From the IMG/VR virus record IMGVR_UViG_3300030107_002093, positions 1 through 64,000 of that record: DNA of 64,000 nt. One strand, written 5' to 3'. The notes below the pieces were generated by a model. It saw nothing but the letters and a program-made list of their open reading frames with translations. It was not told the origin of the DNA and did not search any database. Both the position numbers and the translations under genes were made by a program. Every line of letters begins with the position of its first letter. Within the stretch, counting starts at the first letter, position 1. This stretch comes from a virus. Of this stretch, positions 56,055-64,000 are shown piece by piece.

Positions 56055-58028
56055 ATGGCGGATAGCGATAAGATAATCACAGTCACTCCTAATACGAGTG
56101 TAGCAACAACTCACCCTGAGATTAAATTCGTAGGTAAGGATAACTCACCGATGTATCTCAAGGTGCTTGATGACAACACGCTTTCCTTTGAGGGAACAGA
56201 AGGACAGGTTTTCGCAATCAGTCCTACAATGTCAAGTGGGGATATCTTCAGCGTCAATGATATTTCAGGAGTTCAAAGCATTTCGGTGAATGCTGATGGG
56301 ACAATAACAATGGATGCACAGACTAAATCGACCACGATAAAGAACAACGCATCAGACACTTCTACTCTCATCCTAGAGAATACAAATGCTGATGAGGTTG
56401 ATGGGCCTATATTGGAGTTCTATCGCAATACTCCATCCCCTGCGGATAATGGAGATGCTGGTGCTATTCAATGGACTATGACGAATGATAATGGCGACAA
56501 GCATGAGTATGGTAGATTATTCATGGAATACAATGATGCCTCAGATGGTGACGAAAGGGGCGAGATGATTTTCCAATTGACAGAAGATGGTGCAGTAGGA
56601 CAAGAATACATGAGACTTCGTGGTGGTGTGAGACAGATTGAATTGAATACAAATGAAGATGACATAGACCTCGTTTACAATTCTGATGCGACTGCTAATT
56701 TTTTCTTCATTAATGCTAACACACAACGAATAGGAATAGGAGATGCTGGTTCTGCTCCAAGTTACTTACTGCACCTAGAAGGAGTGGGTGGGGGTAATGG
56801 AGAGTTATTCGTTGAAAGGACTAGTGGCGCAGGTATTCACTTACAAGCACAAGCAAGTTATGGAATAATAGGGACGACAACCAATCATTCTCTTGGATTA
56901 AAGAGCAATGGTTCTGTTAGGTTGTATGTTGAAGCAAGTGGCTCAGTTAGAATCATGCCGGAAGATGCTTCATCGGGAACCTTGAAACTATCTGGTGCGG
57001 CTACTGGTAGTGATGAAGGCGGTGAAATACAAATTGAAACTGCGGCTGACCATGATGGCACATACAACTTCTATCGTATAGATGCGTATCAAGATGATTT
57101 GAGAATTGGTCGTGCAGGTCAAACTGATTTCACACTTGACTCAAGCGGCAATATTACTATTGGCGGAGTAGTAGATGTTGGTAATCTAAAGATAGGTGGG
57201 GCGCAAGGAAGCGATGGTCAAGTCCTCACTTCAACAGGAAGCGGTGTTGCATGGGAAGCCGCAGGTGGAGGTTCTTCATTCTCTGTGAGTGATATTACAG
57301 GCGCAACTGCCTTAACAAGTGGTTTAGCATCAACTGATGAATTAGTTCTAAGTGATGGTGGAACACTCAAGAGAATGGATGTTTCTGTTCTTCAAACATA
57401 TATGCAAGGTAATCTAACATTCACTACAAATACAAATACTATGGGTAGTGGTTTTGTAATAGAAGACGGTGATTCAACAGAAGTTACCATTACAGAAAAT
57501 AAAGAAGTTAAATTCAAAGAAGGAACAGGCATTGAGATTAATTGGACTGATACAAGTCATGGTTCAGATGGTGACCCATATGACCTACAATTTACAGTAG
57601 ATGTTTCTGACTTCATGAGCAACGGTTCTAACAATAGAGTCGTGACTGCTACAGGGACAGATGCGATGAACGCTGAAGGAAATTTAACCTTTGATGGTAG
57701 CACTCTAACTGTTACAGGAGATGTTGTAGCCACAGGAACAATGCAGGGCTATAAGACAGAAATTAAAGCAGTTAGTAGTAACACCACTTTAGCAGATGCG
57801 GATTCAGGAAAGACAGTCTATTGGACAGGTGGAACACTAACACTACCTGCAACCGCACAAGCAGGGCAACAATATGTTGTCATCAATAATACAGGTGGTT
57901 CTGCTACACCCGCATTAGGAACATCAAACGCAATTGTTTCTGGTTGGACTGCTCATGCGGCTATGGATGATGAAACCGCTAGAACGTATATTTCCCCTGC
58001 GGCAAACAAGTGGTTGTATATCGGGTGA
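56055..58028 (+). CDS. second tail fibre-like protein sharing modules with the 3019-aa fibre
   Basis: EDGDSTEVTI...DPYDL and VSDFMSNG...LTFDGSTL are shared with 45281-54340. Confidence 0.75.
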   Translation: MADSDKIITVTPNTSVATTHPEIKFVGKDNSPMYLKVLDDNTLSFEGTEGQVFAISPTMSSGDIFSVNDISGVQSISVNADGTITMDAQTKSTTIKNNASDTSTLILENTNADEVDGPILEFYRNTPSPADNGDAGAIQWTMTNDNGDKHEYGRLFMEYNDASDGDERGEMIFQLTEDGAVGQEYMRLRGGVRQIELNTNEDDIDLVYNSDATANFFFINANTQRIGIGDAGSAPSYLLHLEGVGGGNGELFVERTSGAGIHLQAQASYGIIGTTTNHSLGLKSNGSVRLYVEASGSVRIMPEDASSGTLKLSGAATGSDEGGEIQIETAADHDGTYNFYRIDAYQDDLRIGRAGQTDFTLDSSGNITIGGVVDVGNLKIGGAQGSDGQVLTSTGSGVAWEAAGGGSSFSVSDITGATALTSGLASTDELVLSDGGTLKRMDVSVLQTYMQGNLTFTTNTNTMGSGFVIEDGDSTEVTITENKEVKFKEGTGIEINWTDTSHGSDGDPYDLQFTVDVSDFMSNGSNNRVVTATGTDAMNAEGNLTFDGSTLTVTGDVVATGTMQGYKTEIKAVSSNTTLADADSGKTVYWTGGTLTLPATAQAGQQYVVINNTGGSATPALGTSNAIVSGWTAHAAMDDETARTYISPAANKWLYIG

Positions 58029-58032
58029 TTGA

Positions 58033-58608
58033 ATGTCATACATGACAGGCTTGATTGGAACGTGTCAGCAATTGGAAGATGCGTCAGCAACTCCGGGGCC
58101 AACAGGAGTTTCCATTGCTACGAGTTCAAGTGGAAACTACAACAACTCGTTTAGTGTAGGAACTGGTGGGGGAAACCCCGGTTCTTCCCTTGATTTCAAC
58201 GGTTCTTCTCTTGATGTTACTACAATAGTATTGATGGAAGAAGGTAATGATGGCCCATATAAACAGGATTGGGGTAATGCCCCAACCGCCGTAGGTGATG
58301 TTTTCGCTTATCTCAGGGCTACAGGTGCGGCATCATATGAGATGCAGGGTTCTATTGCTTCATCTAGTCTTAGTAATGGTTGTTCTGCTTCATGGTCTGG
58401 TAGTGCTTTTACTTCACAAGATGGAACGGGTTCTGGTGGTATTGGTAATTTCAGCATTAGTCACGGTGGTGGAAGGGGAGGATACTTCCTTCCCGCAGAT
58501 GGAGATTGGGTGAGAGTAACGGTTGAAGGAACTGCAACGACAAGTGGTGGTGGAACAACAGATGCTAGTGATGTTACTATGAAAATTAACTTCTCAGGTG
58601 GATTGTGA
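58033..58608 (+). CDS. Gly/Ser-rich beta protein (fibre-tip or adhesin-associated)
   Basis: GGGTGA SD; composition and position. Confidence 0.55.
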   Translation: MSYMTGLIGTCQQLEDASATPGPTGVSIATSSSGNYNNSFSVGTGGGNPGSSLDFNGSSLDVTTIVLMEEGNDGPYKQDWGNAPTAVGDVFAYLRATGAASYEMQGSIASSSLSNGCSASWSGSAFTSQDGTGSGGIGNFSISHGGGRGGYFLPADGDWVRVTVEGTATTSGGGTTDASDVTMKINFSGGL

Positions 58609-58609
58609 A

Positions 58610-59155
58610 ATGACTAGAATAGAAGTAGACATACCTGAAGGAATCTCAGGGCAACATCAAATTGCTCACTATAACAAAGAAACAACAGATTATGATTGGC
58701 AGGGATATAGAGCAATGAAAAATTGTGCTTATGATACTCACACAGTATTAATCAAGGATACTTGTTCTATGCCTATAATGCAAAACTCAGAAGCAGAATA
58801 CAATGAGCATCAATGGTTATGGGATAATGCGACAGGTGATGTATTGGTTGGGGGTCTTGGTATAGGTATGATTCATCAGAAACTAATTGATAACCCCGAT
58901 GTTACCTCAGTTACCATTATTGAAATTTCTCAAGATGTAATTGATTTGGTTTGGGAGCATTGTGCTAAAGATGATACATTCACTTTAATTCTAAATGACT
59001 TTGAAACGTGGGTTCCACCCGAAGGAACGACCTTCGATACTATTTGGGCAGACAGTTGGATATTCGATAATGGTATATCCTATCCAGCATACCAAGAAAA
59101 TATTCAGAACCACTATTCAGACTACTGTGATAACTTCGGATTTTGGGGAACTTAG
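58610..59155 (+). CDS. class I SAM-dependent methyltransferase / spermidine-synthase-like protein
   Basis: DVLVGGLGIG, VTIIEISQDVI, FDTIWAD. Confidence 0.8.
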   Translation: MTRIEVDIPEGISGQHQIAHYNKETTDYDWQGYRAMKNCAYDTHTVLIKDTCSMPIMQNSEAEYNEHQWLWDNATGDVLVGGLGIGMIHQKLIDNPDVTSVTIIEISQDVIDLVWEHCAKDDTFTLILNDFETWVPPEGTTFDTIWADSWIFDNGISYPAYQENIQNHYSDYCDNFGFWGT

Positions 59156-59266
59156 ATTAATTCACAGTCCCACCAACGGAACTTAGTCAATTTCACCTTC
59201 TTCAGTGGTAGATTCAAATCTGCAACCCCATTTCAAATATGCAACGCAGTTAAGCGTTTTACCCCC

Positions 59267-59482
59267 CTATTGTGAGACTACAATTTCAATATCCGAGTCA
59301 TAGTCATCTGAGTCATCATCCCACTGGCTCAACCATGCCCATTCTCGCATCATCATACCAAAGGCAAACAATCCAAGTCCAAGGGCGAACCCAATAATGA
59401 TTAGAATCGGTAGGGCATCATCCCAGCCGACCAAATCACCAGATGATACTTCGTTTACTATTGTATTATCAAATAAAAACAA
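59267..59482 (-). CDS. small single-TM membrane protein with acidic tail
   Basis: LPILIIIGFALGLGLFAFGMMM. Confidence 0.55.
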   Translation of the reverse strand: MFLFDNTIVNEVSSGDLVGWDDALPILIIIGFALGLGLFAFGMMMREWAWLSQWDDDSDDYDSDIEIVVSQ

Positions 59483-59486
59483 TTTA

Positions 59487-59747
59487 TCACGCTCCTAATT
59501 TATTGTTTCTCACAATCTGACAACAGAAGCGAATCTTCTGTGTCGAATGTAAATTCCAAAAGTGGTTTTCCTCCACCTTGAATTGCTTCTCAATGTATTC
59601 ACAAAGTTCCTTTCTGGACATAGCCTCAAAATCTTCATCGATTTCCAGTCCTAGCACCGGGCCAGTTTCATGAATGAGTTTTTTGTCTAACCAAACATAG
59701 GTGTTTCCCATTAGTGAAAGCAACTTACGAATGACCCACTGCTTCAT
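59487..59747 (-). CDS. hypothetical protein
   Basis: ATG 59747 (MKQWVIRK) overlaps the upstream stop as ATGA. Confidence 0.6.
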   Translation of the reverse strand: MKQWVIRKLLSLMGNTYVWLDKKLIHETGPVLGLEIDEDFEAMSRKELCEYIEKQFKVEENHFWNLHSTQKIRFCCQIVRNNKLGA

Positions 59748-59872
59748 GCTTGACACACCCAATAATCCCAATCCCAATCCGGATGTTTAGCCATGAGTTC
59801 CTTCAATCTACGATTATCCCTATCTTTCTCATTAGCCATTCTGTGAGCCTTCCTACTTCCACAACGCTCCAC
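59744..59872 (-). CDS. small hypothetical peptide (..MANEKDRDNRRLKELMAKHPDWDWDYWVCQA)
   Basis: Open frame; start GTG 59872 or ATG 59839; stop coupled to the next start. Confidence 0.45.
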   Translation of the reverse strand: MERCGSRKAHRMANEKDRDNRRLKELMAKHPDWDWDYWVCQA

Positions 59873-60113
59873 ACCAAAACAACCAATTACTTCTATTTTT
59901 CTATCTAGTGTTTATTTCTCACTTTCAGGAATAACATATTTTTCCAATAGAGCAACCACACACAGGAAAAAAATCGGCGGTTTTCCGAGGTTTAAATATG
60001 AATGGCAAGCCGTTTCCCTACAAAAAAATGTTTATTTCTAATTAAAAACGATATAATTCCTTTAGTTTTAATGTGAAACGATTAAACGAGGAAAAAGAGA
60101 AAATAAACCGCAA

Positions 60114-60173
60114 TTTTTGCGCAAAAAAAAGGCGGGGGGCAATGGCCGGAACTAATTTTCCGACCAAAGCCCT
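60114..60173 (-). terminator. hairpin plus U8 tract ending the leftward replication operon
   Basis: Minus strand GGGC-UU-UGGUCGGAA/AAUUAG/UUCCGGCCA-UU-GCCC then CCCGCC-U8; adjacent palindrome TTTTTGCGCAAAAA at 60114-60127. Confidence 0.55.
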
Positions 60174-60292
60174 TTACATTCACGGCACTGCCAAATTTTC
60201 ATTTTAGTAGCAGAGCCAACAACTCTTGCGTTAAGACGTATTGGAATATTGGTAACGCTACAGAACCTACAAGTTTCCTTGAGTCCCACCAC
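60152..60292 (-). CDS. 46-aa Zn-ribbon protein, not in ORF track
   Basis: GTG start after GAGGAG; CRFC...WQCREC. Confidence 0.65.
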   Translation of the reverse strand: MVGLKETCRFCSVTNIPIRLNARVVGSATKMKIWQCRECKGLWSEN

Positions 60293-60437
60293 GTTCCATC
60301 TCCTCTGCAATTAACTTGTCCATATACTCGTCAATGCTTCTCTCATCATACTTCGACCCACCAAAGGCGGCGAAGAAAAGCAGACTAATCACTACCACAA
60401 ATATTGTCCATGCCATCCATTCTAATGCCGTTGCCAT
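60267..60437 (-). CDS. 56-aa single-TM membrane protein, not in ORF track
   Basis: MATALEWMAWTIFVVVISLLFFAAFGG...; start coupled to the upstream stop. Confidence 0.6.
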   Translation of the reverse strand: MATALEWMAWTIFVVVISLLFFAAFGGSKYDERSIDEYMDKLIAEEMERGGTQGNL

Positions 60438-61030
60438 TACCAATCAACTCCTAAATCGAGGACTTCCTCTTGTTCTATGGAGAAGCCCTTCACTACTTTA
60501 TTGTTCTGGCCGTGTTTCCATAGGTCAAATACGAGTTGACAGTCCTTTAGACAGTAATCTGCGACCTCAGAATAACCACCAGCCTTCCATACTTCAGGAG
60601 CCATCGCACTCTCCATTATCTTATCAGAGCCAAGGGTGTGTTGAACAAGGTTAGACAGAGAATACCTCTCACCAAACTCCTTGTTCAGTATCCTACTAGT
60701 GTCGATGTATGCTCGCTTATCCAAGTATTTCTTGATGCAGAAGATGTCCATAGCGTTCTTCAAAACGGGAAGGTCGAACCCGACTATGTTGTGTCCCAAG
60801 AGGACACCACCCTTCTCAAGGTGGTCATCCAAGTCAAACTTCAGTTGCGACAGGGGTTTGATTTCCACGTTGCTTTTCTTCAGGTCATCCACTGCCTTGT
60901 CGATGTAGATATTGCCCACATCACCGTCCCATGTGCATACTGTGCTAACTTGAAACATGTGGGTGTTACCCCAACCGCCTATGTCATGAGACATATTCTT
61001 AGTTTCCAAGTCTATTGCCAATACATTCAT
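60437..61030 (-). CDS. DEDD/RNase H-fold 3'-5' exonuclease
   Basis: IDLET, GHNIVGFD, YCLKD. Confidence 0.85.
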   Translation of the reverse strand: MNVLAIDLETKNMSHDIGGWGNTHMFQVSTVCTWDGDVGNIYIDKAVDDLKKSNVEIKPLSQLKFDLDDHLEKGGVLLGHNIVGFDLPVLKNAMDIFCIKKYLDKRAYIDTSRILNKEFGERYSLSNLVQHTLGSDKIMESAMAPEVWKAGGYSEVADYCLKDCQLVFDLWKHGQNNKVVKGFSIEQEEVLDLGVDW

Positions 61031-61287
61031 TGTTTCTTACCACCAGTGTCTTCTTCTGTTCCTGACCAAAGTTCAGCAATCTTATTTTGCTTCGTTTTCG
61101 TTGGGTCTGGTGCTTCTATAGCCGCTCCCTTGACTATCCATGCAACAATATACTCGCCATTGTTGATGGTTATCATGGTGGACAAAGCCCATCCCTCAGC
61201 CCCGTAGGTGTTCAACGATTCGTTGATTACCTTTGGGCCGTCATTCACATTAAACACTAGATATTGGTGTTCGTATATGTCACTCAT
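61027..61287 (-). CDS. small protein, DUF4177-like
   Basis: YEHQYL...LNTYGAEGWAL pattern. Confidence 0.55.
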   Translation of the reverse strand: MSDIYEHQYLVFNVNDGPKVINESLNTYGAEGWALSTMITINNGEYIVAWIVKGAAIEAPDPTKTKQNKIAELWSGTEEDTGGKKQ

Positions 61288-62764
61288 TGTTTTTCGCCTC
61301 CACTAATCTCACATAAGCCCTTCTGCCTATCATCTTTGTCTCAAATTTATCTCCCAAGTCATTGAACCAACGGTATACAGTGGCTTGACCCTTACTGGTA
61401 GTCTTTCTAACTTGCTCTAACATAGCCGTTTTATTCACCCATTCGTCATCTCCCTTCTTTTTCATGGACATGTATATTTTCCTGAATACTCCATAGTTTG
61501 CCTTGTCCTGTAATCCAGTTGCTTGCACCTTTAGTGCCGTATCTAACCATGATACCAATGATTGATAACACTGTCGAACCAAGAAGGAAGCCTGTCTGAC
61601 GTTCTTCTCAGTCACAATATACCTCTTGGACTTATCAGTGATACTAGGTGCTTCCGCAATAGCAGAGAGAACTGCCATTCTAACTAGCGTCCCATTCAAC
61701 CTCGTAATGAAGTTACTAGCAATACTGAATACTTCTGGTCTAGCAGATGCCACATAATTCCTCATCTTCCATGATTCGTTCTTCAAGGAATCCTTGACTC
61801 CCTCACCGAACTTCACCGTAGTCAACGGGTCTTGACCGTTCTCATCGTAGTGGTTCTTCAAGACATCGTATATCTTCACGAAGTTATTTGCGAATTTGGT
61901 GATTGGTAAATCTCTGTTGGATATCGTTCCTACCTCATCTAGAATAGCATCCCTCAATTCGTCTTGAATTGTCTGAGGAACTTCCCTGATGTAAATCAGG
62001 CATCGCTGAATGACACCCTTCTCTGCTATCACACCAGTCAGTGTCTTTGGTATGTATGTGGTAGCGAAGAGTGACCTACGACATCTACACTCAATGGTAT
62101 CTCCATCCTTGAGTTTCTTCGTGATAACCCAGTTCTCACCGTGTAGAGAATTCATGAATGTATTGAGATACATTACCACGTTCTCTTTGTGTTGAGACTG
62201 TTTGAACACACCAGAATACTCAAACTCATCATAGGCGGCTAATCCATTGCCTTCCAACGCTCCATCGATTTGAACGGCAACCTGTCTTCTGACCATATTA
62301 CCGTTCTCATCTTCCTCTTCTTCAAACTCAGTTCCCATAGAACCAACCAATGCCGCATCAGTAGTGTCTTTCACTGAGAATATATCAAAGTCTGTGTTAT
62401 ATTTGTCATTAATCAAATCGAAAGTCAATCTAGATACAGGCCCAAAGAAATCATAGAGAGTAGACTTACCAGTTCCCGATGTCTGCATCCAAAGGAATTG
62501 AACTCTGGTATCATCAATCCTCCTCCCATGTGGGATTGATACCATGTCTTTGCATAACTGTCCTAATAGGGCATAGAAGGATACTGCTGAAGGCACGGGG
62601 TTGTATAGCGACACCTGCTCTGCGCTTCTCATGTATGCCTCTACCACCTTTGGTAGGACAGACTCTTTCGCTCGTCTTTGTATCTGTGCTAGAGAAGCCG
62701 TGTTCTCCTGTTGCTCAAAATACAGTCTATCTTCTTCTTCATTATCATATATTTCCATTTTCAT
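61280..62764 (-). CDS. AAA+ ATPase, MCM-like putative replicative helicase
   Basis: Walker A TSGTGKS, TDAALVG, Walker B AAYDEF, C-terminal HTH-like region. Confidence 0.7.
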   Translation of the reverse strand: MKMEIYDNEEEDRLYFEQQENTASLAQIQRRAKESVLPKVVEAYMRSAEQVSLYNPVPSAVSFYALLGQLCKDMVSIPHGRRIDDTRVQFLWMQTSGTGKSTLYDFFGPVSRLTFDLINDKYNTDFDIFSVKDTTDAALVGSMGTEFEEEEDENGNMVRRQVAVQIDGALEGNGLAAYDEFEYSGVFKQSQHKENVVMYLNTFMNSLHGENWVITKKLKDGDTIECRCRRSLFATTYIPKTLTGVIAEKGVIQRCLIYIREVPQTIQDELRDAILDEVGTISNRDLPITKFANNFVKIYDVLKNHYDENGQDPLTTVKFGEGVKDSLKNESWKMRNYVASARPEVFSIASNFITRLNGTLVRMAVLSAIAEAPSITDKSKRYIVTEKNVRQASFLVRQCYQSLVSWLDTALKVQATGLQDKANYGVFRKIYMSMKKKGDDEWVNKTAMLEQVRKTTSKGQATVYRWFNDLGDKFETKMIGRRAYVRLVEAKNNE

Positions 62765-63447
62765 ATCACCTGCTTATCCTCCGAATTCATTAATCCGTGG
62801 ACTCTTTCAGCCAACACTTTACCGAACCCATCTAGCATGGCTATCTCTGATGGTGGTGTTTCCCCTATCTCCATTAAGGAGCCAAATTCGTCTATCAACG
62901 TCTTGGCCTTCTTCTCACTAATTCCGGGGATAGTAGTGAGAACGTCTAATCTCAAATCAGTAGTGCTTATTCTCCGTTGTTTAATCAAACGTGGATTGTA
63001 TACATCTCTGTCAATGGGTTGCATCTTACAGACTACGCATATCATATGAGCCGCAGTCTTAGCATCTTTCACCCATAGGACACTTGCATCCATGTCTAGC
63101 ATTATCTTACCAAACGCTCCATGAAACTTATTCGATATCGAATTGAAGTGTCCCTTGCCATATTGCCTATAGGCCTTGTATGCAGTATTGAAATCTCCAT
63201 ACACGATTACTATGTTATTGTCGAAAGCCCTATCCATATTGTCTAATTGATTCCATAGTCTCTTGTTCAATATGGACTGTAGGAAATCGAATGCTGACTT
63301 AGCCTCAAAGCATACATCATTGAATACATAGTCTCCTATCTCTAACCATTCCTTTTCAAATGGTATATTCATGGTAGATGCCTTATCGATTACAAAGGCA
63401 CTCAATTCTGAATCCTCTCTGCTATCAATCACCAACTTACTCATCAT
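62761..63447 (-). CDS. ERCC4 (XPF/Hef-like) nuclease with HhH motifs
   Basis: IDSRE, IGDY, EAKSAFD, IPGISEKKA, LDGFGKVLA. Confidence 0.88.
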   Translation of the reverse strand: MMSKLVIDSREDSELSAFVIDKASTMNIPFEKEWLEIGDYVFNDVCFEAKSAFDFLQSILNKRLWNQLDNMDRAFDNNIVIVYGDFNTAYKAYRQYGKGHFNSISNKFHGAFGKIMLDMDASVLWVKDAKTAAHMICVVCKMQPIDRDVYNPRLIKQRRISTTDLRLDVLTTIPGISEKKAKTLIDEFGSLMEIGETPPSEIAMLDGFGKVLAERVHGLMNSEDKQVI

Positions 63448-64000
63448 GATACCTCCAACACTTACCTACACAATAGCCCTGTGGTATCAGAACTCCCTTA
63501 CAACTAGGAGCATGATAGCCACGATTGACTATGAAATCAACATGGCTCTTGGTCTTCCTCTCATCCCAATCCAACCATATGTCATCCTTAGAGGCAATCG
63601 TCTTCAACTCCTCCATGATAGTATCAGTGATTTGCTTCTTGGCATCTTCATTGACCTCTCTCACACCAAGGCTCAATAAGTCACGGAACCACTGAACAAG
63701 ATACACCCTAGCATAGTGGCTAGGATTCTCCACAGTGATTGAACTATGCAAGCATGGTAGTATGGGCAGACGACCCAATGGCTTAGGGACTTCTACCTCC
63801 TCTTCCGATACTGCGACTGGCTTTACCTTCGGCCATTGTATTAGTTTGTCTCCCCACAATGTCTTGGCTTTTGCATTCCCTACTGAGAACGTTCTTTCTG
63901 GTATGTTTTTCTCAAACGTTCTAGGATTGATAAAATAACAATAGTATCCATCAGTGCTTAGGTTCATCGTATTAGGAACCCTACGAAGTCTATTGGTCTG
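63437..64000 (-). CDS. archaeo-eukaryotic primase with C-terminal PriL-like Fe-S domain, 5'-truncated
   Basis: Frame open to window edge: QTNRLRRVPNTMN (AEP motif), then LPCL, HYARVYL, APSC, YCVGKC. Confidence 0.75.
   Translation of the reverse strand, partial: QTNRLRRVPNTMNLSTDGYYCYFINPRTFEKNIPERTFSVGNAKAKTLWGDKLIQWPKVKPVAVSEEEVEVPKPLGRLPILPCLHSSITVENPSHYARVYLVQWFRDLLSLGVREVNEDAKKQITDTIMEELKTIASKDDIWLDWDERKTKSHVDFIVNRGYHAPSCKGVLIPQGYCVGKCWRYHDE

Noticed and set aside
45281-58028. Diversity-generating retroelement acting on fibres
   Set aside because: Shared segments differ at all base types and both copies are coding; no reverse transcriptase in the window
59156-60150. tRNA or other structured ncRNA in the intergenic gaps
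   Set aside because: No cloverleaf or T-loop consensus seen by eye; a covariance-model search would be needed to exclude it
60316-63679. Plus-strand ORFs such as 60638-61207 and 62479-62793
   Set aside because: They overlap well-supported minus-strand replication genes
1-64000. Alternative genetic code or integrated provirus boundary
   Set aside because: Standard code gives dense full-length ORFs using all three stops; no integrase, att site or host housekeeping genes seen

Overview
The window is a 64-kb segment of a tailed archaeal dsDNA virus (Caudoviricetes, long non-contractile-tail gene set), most likely a magrovirus infecting Marine Group II Euryarchaeota (Poseidoniales). The host and taxon call is an inference from GGTGA-type Shine-Dalgarno motifs, an ERCC4 nuclease, an AEP primase with a PriL-like Fe-S domain, an MCM-like ATPase and an ATP-dependent ligase inside the head module. 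The + strand (1-59155) carries the virion module. An expanded head region holds a TerS candidate, TerL, a LAGLIDADG-domain protein, portal, DNA ligase, prohead protease-scaffold, major capsid protein (MCP) and about 20 orphan genes. Next come a five-gene membrane/small-GTPase cluster, neck and tail genes with a -1 frameshifted chaperone and a short tape measure, and about 24 kb of tail-tip, fibre and LamG genes. The - strand (59267-64000) carries the end of a replication operon. Two candidate undescribed systems stand out. (1) A short peptide tag, M-S/T/A-W-x-x-I/L/V-L/V-K, is shared by about a dozen otherwise unrelated head-region proteins. It matches the protease's own domain boundaries (FSILK, FDILK) and the scaffold C-terminus (SWSDI), suggesting a capsid-targeting and protease-release system for packaged cargo. 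(2) An Arf/Sar-like small GTPase is clustered with membrane proteins and a Q/N/M-rich protein, a candidate membrane-remodelling or egress module. All functional calls come from motif reading only; no searches were run.
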